From: Bacillus subtilis subsp. subtilis str. 168
GTDB lineage: Bacteria; Bacillota; Bacilli; Bacillales; Bacillaceae
Reading direction: 5' to 3'
Length of the DNA stretch: 32,000 bases
Assembly: GCF_000009045.1 (NCBI RefSeq)
Contig: NC_000964.3
Span: 1,980,001-2,012,000, forward strand
In this document: positions 8,501-16,200 of the stretch, in pieces
Layout of the letters: every line of letters starts with the position of its first letter
Numbering within the stretch: the stretch's first letter is position 1
The notes under the pieces: model-generated
The model's input: only the letters and a program-made list of their open reading frames with translations
Told to the model about the DNA's origin: nothing
The model's database searches: none
Made by a program: the position numbers and the translations under genes

Positions 8501-10247
8501 ACGGAGGGATCAAGGAAATAAGGTCTTCTTCTATCAGCAATTGAGCCGCTTGACTGTCCTTCAGAAGAAAAGAAAGACGTTCTGCTGGAAAATGTGGATC
8601 AAGCGGCATATAAGCGCCGCCTGCTTTCCAAATCCCAAGCAGAGCTGCAGGCATTTCCATTGACCGGCCCATCATTACAGCAACGATATCCCCAGATCCA
8701 ACGCCTTTTTCTATCAGGGCGTGCGCAATCTGATTGGCTCTTACTTGTAACTGGCGATAGGTCCAGCACTCGTTTCCCATTTTCAATGCAGCAGCTTCAG
8801 GTGTTTTGTGAGCTTGTTCCTCAAACAATTGGGGTATCGTTTTGTTCACATAAGGACGCTCAGTTTCGTTAAACAATTGGATAACCTGTTGCTCCTCCGG
8901 CGGCACGATATTGATGTCACTGACGGCAACATCGGGATTTGTCAAAATGCAATCCAGTGCTTGCTTTAGATGCCCCTGAATCCTCAGCATCTCCTCCCGC
9001 TCGTAAACGTCTGCGTTGTAGCTGAATTTGATATAAAATGATTCTCCCGGAACGATAACGATATTAAAGTCGTAATTGGTTTGTTCCGACATTGAAATGT
9101 CACTCAGCTTCAGAGCGCCTTCGTCATTTTCACTCTCCACGCTTAATGCCTGATGAAGCTGTACAGGGTAATTTTCAAAAACAAAAATATGATCGATCAA
9201 CCCTTGCTTCAATGGACTATGGTTTTGAATCTCATAAAGCGGATAATACCCATGCTGTTCAGATGATAAAATATCCTCCTGCACGGCTTTGACCAGCGAA
9301 GAAAATGTTATGCCTTCCGCAGATCGGATTCGCACTGGAACAGTATTGATAAACAAACCGACCATTGATTCAATCCCGTCAATCGCTGACGGGCGTCCCG
9401 AAATGACGGAGCCAAAAACGGCATCATCTGCAGCATTATATCGATGGAGCAGCACGCCCCAAATACTCATAAACAGCGTGTTTAATGTCACTCCCCAGTT
9501 TTGGGCAGCCTCTGTCAGTTTCTCAACCATATCCGGCGCTAATGAAAAGCTGACCTGGTCGGCTTTATAATTCCCGTCTGCCGTGCGGCGCTTTATTCGG
9601 GGAATAGAAGCAGTATTGCCGTACTCCTTCAAATATTCGCTCCAGTAGGCAGCAGTCTCTTCTTGATCTTGTTCTCCGAGCCATTCAATATAACGGCTGT
9701 ACGGCACCGTGCTGCCAAGCTGTACAGGTGAGTTATTTTTGAGCGAATCATACATGCTGAAAAACTCTTTAAGAATAATGCCGAGACACCACCCATCCAT
9801 GATGATATGGTGATGTGTCCAGACACATGTATATTGGCTGTCTCCTCTATCAAAAAGGGCAAGACGCATTAAAGGATCTTTTTGCAAATCAAATCCTTTT
9901 TCCCGATCCTTAGTCATAAAAGCATCAATCAGCGTCTGCTGTTCTTGATCAGCCAGGCGAGAAATATCTTCTCTATATACTGTCAATTCACGGTTTGATA
10001 GAACTACCTGCTGCGGACCTGTAAGATCTGGTACTTCTTTAATGAAAATCGTTCTGAAAATATCATATCTAGAAACAAGAAGGTTTAAGCTCTTTTGAAA
10101 CGAGTCGACGCATAGATTCCCTGTGATCGTAAACGAGGTCTGTTCGATATATGCTTTCGAGCTGAAATCCATTAGTGAATGAAACAGCATTCCTTCCTGC
10201 ATGTGCGATAACGGATAAATATCTTGAATTTGTGCCGATTGTGCCAT
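2565..10247 (-). CDS. ppsB: Plipastatin/fengycin synthetase subunit B, C-A(Tyr)-T-C-A(Thr)-T-E, ~2560 aa
   Basis: Track ORF 2565..10268. Start probably ATG at 10247 (MAQSAQIQDIYPLSHMQEG...), giving 2560 aa. Two C, two A and two T domains (LGGQSLKA, LGGDSIKALQV) and a C-terminal E domain (HHLVVDAVSW) are present. The order matches known PpsB/FenD. Confidence 0.96.
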   Translation of the reverse strand: MAQSAQIQDIYPLSHMQEGMLFHSLMDFSSKAYIEQTSFTITGNLCVDSFQKSLNLLVSRYDIFRTIFIKEVPDLTGPQQVVLSNRELTVYREDISRLADQEQQTLIDAFMTKDREKGFDLQKDPLMRLALFDRGDSQYTCVWTHHHIIMDGWCLGIILKEFFSMYDSLKNNSPVQLGSTVPYSRYIEWLGEQDQEETAAYWSEYLKEYGNTASIPRIKRRTADGNYKADQVSFSLAPDMVEKLTEAAQNWGVTLNTLFMSIWGVLLHRYNAADDAVFGSVISGRPSAIDGIESMVGLFINTVPVRIRSAEGITFSSLVKAVQEDILSSEQHGYYPLYEIQNHSPLKQGLIDHIFVFENYPVQLHQALSVESENDEGALKLSDISMSEQTNYDFNIVIVPGESFYIKFSYNADVYEREEMLRIQGHLKQALDCILTNPDVAVSDINIVPPEEQQVIQLFNETERPYVNKTIPQLFEEQAHKTPEAAALKMGNECWTYRQLQVRANQIAHALIEKGVGSGDIVAVMMGRSMEMPAALLGIWKAGGAYMPLDPHFPAERLSFLLKDSQAAQLLIEEDLISLIPPSYEGNTITIEHTESYQTEAPNMPPGDLAYLIYTSGTTGRPKGVLVDHHGIANTLQWRREEYSMTEQDISLHLFSYVFDGCVTSLFTPLLSGACVLLTTDDEAKDVLALKRKIARYKVSHMIIVPSLYRVLLEVMTADDAKSLRIVTFAGEAVTPDLLELNQIICPSAELANEYGPTENSVATTILRHLNKKERITIGHPIRNTKVFVLHGNQMQPIGAAGELCISGAGLARGYYKQQELTQKAFSDHPFLEGERLYRTGDAGRFLPDGTIEYIGRFDDQVKIRGYRIELREIETVLRQAPGVKEAAVLARDVSAEEKELVAYIVPEKGNSLPDLYQHLAGTLPSYMIPASIINISQMPLTSSGKLDRFALPEPENNTSVTYMAPRTLIEADLAHIWEDVLNKQHIGIRDDFFQLGGQSLKAAALVSRIHKKLNVELPLSEVFSYPTVESMAVKLMSLKEHAFTQIEPADQRDVYPLSFSQKRLYALHQLADDSTGYNMPAVLELRGNLNRQRLRSVLTELVNRHEALRTVFVLDRDEPVQIIYPEMAFDLKELEMESEQMLESAIETFIKPFYLSSGPLFRACVITMGNNRGFLLLDMHHIIADGVSMSTLVQEFTDLYCGKELPALNLHYKDFAVWQQEKHPKELYKKQEAYWLGQLGGSLPTLELPLDKTRPRLPDFRGGTIEVNIDKDMADELHRLMAETGTTLYMILLAVYSILLSKLSGQEDIVVGSPAAGRPHADLERVIGMFVNTLAMRSKPEGHKTFSSYLHDIRHLALTAYEHQDYPFEELADKLDTNREVNRNPLFDAMLVLQSSEDFRFEVPGLSISSVTPKHDISKFDLTLHAEEHLSGIRCRFEYSTALFEEETITQWASYFIELVKGVTADTEMRISNMQLLPAAERRLLLEKMGQYAAYPRNENIVSLFEKQVAQYPEHIAVVCGHSQLTYRDLNEKAERAAAMLIKQGVRTGDIVGLMLDRSPDMIIGVLSILKAGGAYLPIDPEYPKERISFMLNDSGAKLLLTERGLNKPADYTGHILYIDECENNSIPADVNIEEIVTDQPAYVIYTSGTTGQPKGVIVEHRNVISLLKHQNLPFEFNHEDVWTLFHSYCFDFSVWEMFGALLNGSTLVVVSKETARDPQAFRLLLKKERVTVLNQTPTAFYGLMLEDQNHTDHLNIRYVIFGGEALQPGLLQSWNEKYPHTDLINMYGITETTVHVTFKKLSAADIAKNKSNIGRPLSTLQAHVMDAHMNLQPTGVPGELYIGGEGVARGYLNRDELTADRFVSNPYLPGDRLYRTGDLAKRLSNGELEYLGRIDEQVKVRGHRIELGEIQAALLQYPMIKEAAVITRADEQGQTAIYAYMVIKDQQAANISDIRTYLKNALPDFMLPARMIQIDSIPVTVNGKLDQKALPEPEKQAYTADDISPRNEIETVMAEIWEELLNVDELGVSANFFKLGGDSIKALQVCARLKQRGFETTVREMFEHQTLGELSARVRKDVRAIDQGPVEGEITWTPIQQWFFSQSLESHHFNQSVMIYRAERFDEAALRKVLKSLVTHHDALRIVCRHEDGRQVQINRGIDLSDEELYALELFDVKDSLTEARNTIEEAASRMQEHIRLETGPLLHAGLFRTENGDHLFLTIHHLVVDAVSWRILFEDFSTAYKQAVSGESIKLPQKTDSYLTYSQRIADYSISRQVQREAAYWDECENRHIQPIPKDNDAASNTFKDTEVIDFELSRHHTELLLTAAHKAYSTEMNDILLTALGLALQKWTGNNQFKISMEGHGRESYLEDIDISRTVGWFTSIYPVWLDMRDSDHKDKEERLGHLIKQTKDMLHRIPHKGAGYGVLKYISKRWGSQKNSPEISFNYLGQFDQDIQSNAFEVSDIKPGNEISPNWERPYALDISGAVSSGCLNMHIIYNRFQFEEKTIQTFSRHFKQTLENIIEHCTGKENQEWSASDFTDEDLTLDELSEIMGAVNKL
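4262..5740 (-). other. PpsB module 2 adenylation domain, predicted Thr-activating
   Basis: Pocket residues from SYCFDFSVW, VTVLNQTP, YVIFGG and NMYGITETTVHVTF give DFWNIGMVH, the classic Thr code. Confidence 0.88.
7385..8850 (-). other. PpsB module 1 adenylation domain, predicted Tyr-activating
   Basis: Pocket residues from SYVFDGCVTSLF, SHMIIVP, IVTFAG and NEYGPTENSVATT give DGTITAEVA, the fengycin-type Tyr code. Confidence 0.88.
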
Positions 10248-10271
10248 CAATTCCACACACCTTTTCAAAAG

Positions 10272-13200
10272 TTAAAGATCTTTCACGAGATCTTCGATGC
10301 TAGATAATGCAGACAACGTTAATTCTTTATTGCTGAAATCGCTCAATGTTTTTTCGCGTGCTTTTTTCTGCGAACAATGCTCAATCGTCTCGATAAGATG
10401 CCTGTGAAAACGATCCATAAAGCACTCAATTGAGTGTTTGCTGAACACTTGGGTGTATACCGCTTTTACGTGAAGCCGTCCGTCCGTAATGAGAGCATTG
10501 ATGTCCAGCTCATACTCTCGTTCTCTCTCACCCGCTATTTCGTAACGGGGCTGGTAATATGATAATTGAAACGTTTCAACTTCCTTCTCTTCGCTAAATT
10601 GACCGAGATAATTAAAGCTGACCTCAGGCTCTTTATGCCGCAGTTCTCCTATGTGTGTTAACAATCCGTATCCAGTTCCTTTGTTCGGTACTCTTCTCAG
10701 CATATCTTTTGTCGTCTTAATTCGGTATGCGAGCTGATCCTCGAAAGGCTCGGGAATACCCATGTCTAGCAGAATAGGATAAATGGAGGTAAACCATCCA
10801 ACTGTCCTTGAAATATCAATGTTTGGCACATGCCCTTCTCTACCGTGTCCCTCAGTGCTGATCACGATTTGGTCATGCCCAGTCCATTCAGAAAGCGCCA
10901 TTCCTAAAGCCGTAAGCAAAAGTTCGTTGGCATCAGTACCATAGGCTTGCTGGGTTTCAAACAGCAATTTTTCAGTCCAGTCCCCGGATAGTACAAACGC
11001 TGCTGCGTCGCTGTTCATTTGGAGTTTGTCTGGCACATTTTCTATGTCCTTAGGAAGAAAAGCAGTGTGAGCGTCTAAAATCGTTTGCCAATACGTTTTC
11101 TCTGAAAGCAATTGTTTACTTTCAGCTATTTGGGTAAGACCATCGGCGTAGGATAAATAAGAATCCGTTTTTGGCGGTAATTGGATTTCTTTCTTTTCTA
11201 AAGCCTGTTGATATGCTGCAGCTAAATCCTCAAGCAGAATTCTCCAAGAAACGCCATCTATCACAAGATGATGAAGTGCAATCAGCAAATGATCCCCTTC
11301 TGCCGTTTTAAACAAACCTGCTTGCAGTAAGGGCCCTTTTTCTACATTCATTTTGCTTTGAATGACGGTTTCCTCAGCGGCAAGTTTTTCATCAAGATGA
11401 GCCCTTTCCAGCGATGCTTTTGTCCAATCTGAAATATAAAGGCCAAACAGTTCATGATCCTTGTGATTGATTCCGCGATTAAACTGAATGACATGGCCGT
11501 TTTGGTCACGTTGGAAAATCATGCGAATGGCATCATGATGCTCGGTTATTTTACGCAGCGCTAGATGAAGCGCGTTAGCATTGAATCCTTTTTCACTGAA
11601 AAGCATGACGGACTGGTTGTAATGATAGTGAAAAGCATGTACCTGTCCGAAAAATCTTCGCTGAATCGGGGTGAGTTCAGCTTCACCTTCCGCAGGTCCC
11701 TGGTCCGCTTGAGATGCCAATGGTGTGATATGTCCGCATAGTTCCTGAATCGTTGAATAACGGAATAAGTCGCGTATTGTCATGCTCCAGCCTTCAGCTG
11801 CCAGACGTGCTGCCACTTGTAATGCTTTAATTGAGTCTCCGCCAAGCTCAAAAAAGGAATCGTGAATGCCGACTCGTGACATGCTCAGTACATCTTCCCA
11901 TATATACGCCATCGTTTTTTGTAAGTCGTTAACTGGTGCGGTATATGGACGCGATAACACATTATTTGGAGCCGGCAAGGCATTTCTGTCCAGCTTTCCG
12001 TTTAGGGTCAGCGGCATGTTTACTAAAGGAATCAGATATGCAGGAATCATATACGCTGGCAGTTCCTTTGTTAAAGCAGCACGGAGAGCATTCGTATTGA
12101 CGTCTGAAGGCACAATATATGCTGCCAAACCAGCCTGTCCATTTTTATCATGCTGAACGGCAACAGCAGCTTCTCTGACAAGCCCCGTTTGAAGCAGAAC
12201 ACTTTCAATTTCTTCTGTTTCAATTCTGTATCCATTTATCTTTACTTGATAATCCATTCGGCCAAGAAGCCGGATCGTTCCGTTTGGAAGCCAGCATGCT
12301 CGATCACCGGTTCTGTACAGCCTTTCTCCAGAGACAAATGGATTTTCTGTAAATTTCATTTGCGTTAAGTCAGGTTTATGATGATAGCCTTTCGCAACAC
12401 CTGCCCCGCCGATGCACAGCTCGCCGGCAACACCGATCGGCTGAATTTGATCAGTCTGGCTGAGTACGTACATGTGTACATTCGGCAGCGGGCTGCCGAT
12501 TGGTACGTTATCTCCCGTACACTCTCCACCCATACTGGTTTCATAGAAACTCGAATCAATGGTTGCCTCTGTGACACCATAGCTATTAATGATGCGCATG
12601 CTTTGGCCAAAGCGATCTGTCAATGTTTTGAAATCTTGAGCTTTCACCATGTCGGAACCAAGAATCAGTATGTCTAAGTCAGGAAGCTTGAACTGGTTAC
12701 GGTATACATACTCCATCACCGGGATAATGAGAGCCGGTGTCGACTCCATCACCGTGATTCTCTGAGATTTAATGATTTTATATATTTCAGCAGGTTCCAG
12801 CCGTGTTTCATCTGGGCAAACGATTAGAGTCCCGCCGTTGGTCAATGTTCTCGCCAAATCTCCTGAGAAGACATCGAATGAAAAGCTCGCGATTTGAAGC
12901 AGTCTGACAGGCTTCCGATCCAGTTCATAAATTTGACGCCAAGCAAGAGCAGCATGAGTAAAGTTCTGATAGGTGACAATAACACCTTTAGGCGCACCCG
13001 TCGTTCCTGACGTATAAATGATATATACCGGCTCTTCAGGAGCAGGAGATAAGTTAAGGTTGCAGTTACTTTCTTCAAAAGAGCCCTCATCGTCAAGGAA
13101 GATGTGAGACATCTCAGATTCAGGCGAGTTCGAAATCAAATGCTTCAACTCTCTCTGTAAAAGAAGAATATCTGCCCCGCTATCACGAAGAATGTATTCA

Positions 13201-16200
13201 ATACGAGCTTTTGGATAATGTGCATCGATTGGGATATACACTCCGCCAGCTTTCATCACTGCCAGAACTCCAACAATTGCATCGATGGACCGCTTGGCTA
13301 AAACAGCCACAGTTGGCTTCGGTCCTTTTCTGTTTTGCAATGTTCGTGCCAGACGATTGGCTCTTTCATTTAGAAGGCGATAGCTAATCTCTGTTTCGTT
13401 ATCAATAACAGCTATATGTTCTGGATTTTCTTCAGCTTTCGCTTCAAATATGCGATGAAAAGGAATATCTTTTTGAGCAAATTCAACTTGAGTTTTGTTA
13501 AATTCAAAGACTATTTTTTGTTTTTCTTTATCACTAAGTATGTTTATTTGTGCAAGGCTTGTTTCAGGAGTTGAAAGTGCCTCATGCAGAAATTCGATAA
13601 AATGATCAGCCCAGCGTTCAATCGTAGCTTTCAGGAATACTTCTGTACTAAATTCCATTTCGCAGCAAATAGATCCACTTATTTCCGTAGCTATTAATGT
13701 GATATCAAATAAGGAAATGTGATGTGCGAAATTGGCAGGCCGGACTTTTATTTCTCTCAGATCTATGTCTTGTTTTTCCACATTTTGAAGGATAAACATC
13801 GCATCAAACACTGGGTTCCGGCTCATATCTCGTGTCAATTCAAGCTTATCGACAAGCTCTTCGAACGGGTAATCCTGGTGCTCAAAGGCTTCCAATGCTG
13901 TCTCACGCACTTCCTGCAAATACTGTACGAATGGCTTCCCGCCCTCCGGGCGCGTCCGAAGCGCCAGCGTGTTCACAAACATGCCGAGTATCGGCTCAAG
14001 ATCCTTGTGCGGCCGGCCGGCAATTGGCGAGCCGACGATGATATCTTCCTGTCCGCTTAAGCGTGACAAGAACGCGGTGTAAGCCGCAAGAAGCACCATG
14101 TACAGTGTGCTTCCGTTTTCACGTGCCAGCTTGTGAAGGCCTGATGCAACCTCTTGATCCAGCGTAAATGAGACCTTGTCACCCGCGAAGCTTCGCACCG
14201 GCGGGCGGGCATGATCAGCCGGAAGATCCAGCACAGGCAGCTCGCCCTCGAGCTGCTTCAGCCAGTACGCCTCTTGCGTTTTGTACGCGTCTCCTGTTTT
14301 GAATCCTTCTCGCCATACGGCATAATCTTTATATTGAATGCGCAGTGCCGGAAGATTCCGATTATTGTACAGCTCGCCGAATTCCCGAATCAGAATGTTG
14401 ACGGAAACACCGTCTGAAATGATGTGATGCATATCAACCAGCAACAGGTGCCGCTCATCTGATATCTTTACGATTTGGGCACGGAACAGCGGCGCTTGGC
14501 TGAGATCAAACGGTTTGATAAATGCGGCTGCGGCCTCCTGTTCGGTTCGTTCGCCGAGAACTGTAGTCTGTAACGTAAACGGCACCTCGTCATGGATGCG
14601 CTGCACCGGATCGCCTCCTGCGTCCTGTTCGAAGGAGGTCCGAAGCGACTCGTGGCGCTTGATCAGCTCTTTGAAAGCTCTCTCCATCCTTTCAGGGTTG
14701 AGCTTCCCTTCGAGCTCTAACACAGCCGGCATATTGTAGCCTGTCCCTCCGTCCTCCAGCTGCTGAAGGACATAAATCCGCTTTTGGGCAGAGGAAACCG
14801 GATAGGTTTCCTGTTTTTCAGCGGGCTTAATCGCTTCATATGGACTGTCCGTTCCTTCACGGATAACGGTAGCCAGTCCTTCTACTGTCGGATGGGCAAA
14901 CACATCTTTTAGCGGCACCTGTACATCGAATTCTTTGGCGATCCGTGAGACAAGCGCCGTTGCTTTTAAGGAATGTCCCCCGCGGTCAAAAAAGTTGTCG
15001 TGAATCCCGACAGGGCCATTTTTCAGCACGTCCTCCCACAGCTGAGAAAGCTTCATCTCAGTCACGTTTCTCGGCGCCGTGTAGGTCTCCGCATCTGCCG
15101 CTCCGCCAGGAGCTGGCAGGGCGTTTCGGTCGAGCTTTCCGCTTGGCGTAACCGGCCACTGTTCCATCTCTATCATATAGGCTGGGACCATGTAGCCCGG
15201 CAACAGTCTCTCAAGCTGTGCACGCACTTCGTTTCTTTGGAGCCCTTCTACATAAGCGCATAATTCCGGCTCCCCGCTGTCTGTCCGTACGGTAACAGCC
15301 GCCTCTCTTACGCCTTCTATGCTTCTTAGTGCCGCTTCAATTTCTCCCGGCTCAATCCGGTAGCCGCGGATTTTTACCTGATCATCCGTGCGCCCGAGGA
15401 ATTCAACATTCCCGTCAGGGAGCCAGCGCGCCACATCCCCGGTTTTGTACATGCGTTCCCCCGGGTAAAACGGGTCTTCAAGAAAACGCTCCTCCGTTAA
15501 TGCCGGCCGATTCAAATAACCTCTGGCAACACCCGCTCCGGCAATGTACAGTTCGCCGGCGACACCGGAAGGCTGTACGGCTAAATGCGGATCTAAAACA
15601 TACAAACGCGCACCAGGTACGGGCTTCCCAATCGGAATCCGCAAACGATCCCTGTCCCGTTCTGGATCCAATACGTAAAATGCCGCGTCTACCGTTGCTT
15701 CTGTCGGCCCGTAACCATGGATTAATGATACCTGCGGCAATACAGAAGCAAAACGGGCTGCCGTACGCGGCGCAAGCGGTTCACCTCCGGCGAATACACG
15801 CTTTAGGCTTGTCCTGTCACTCAGCCTTTCGATTTCCGCTTGATCGAGAAAGCTGTTCAGCATAGCCGGAATAAAATGAGCCGTTGTCACGTTTTCCTGA
15901 TGAATGGCTTGTACGATCAATGCGGAGTCTTTCTCCCAGCCGGGCGGAAGCAGATACGCCGAAGCACCGGAAAGCGACCACCAAAACAGCTGCCACACAG
16001 ACGCATCAAAGGAAAAAGAGGTTTTCACCATGACAATGTCATCTTCCGAAAGCGGAAACTGGTGCTGCATGCCGGTCAGAAAGGAAACAGCCTGACGGTG
16101 CTCAACGGCCACTCCTTTCGGCTGCCCGGTAGAGCCCGATGTATAGATGACATAGGCGAGAGATCCGCCGTCAGCAGGAGTAAACTCATGGTTTTCTGCT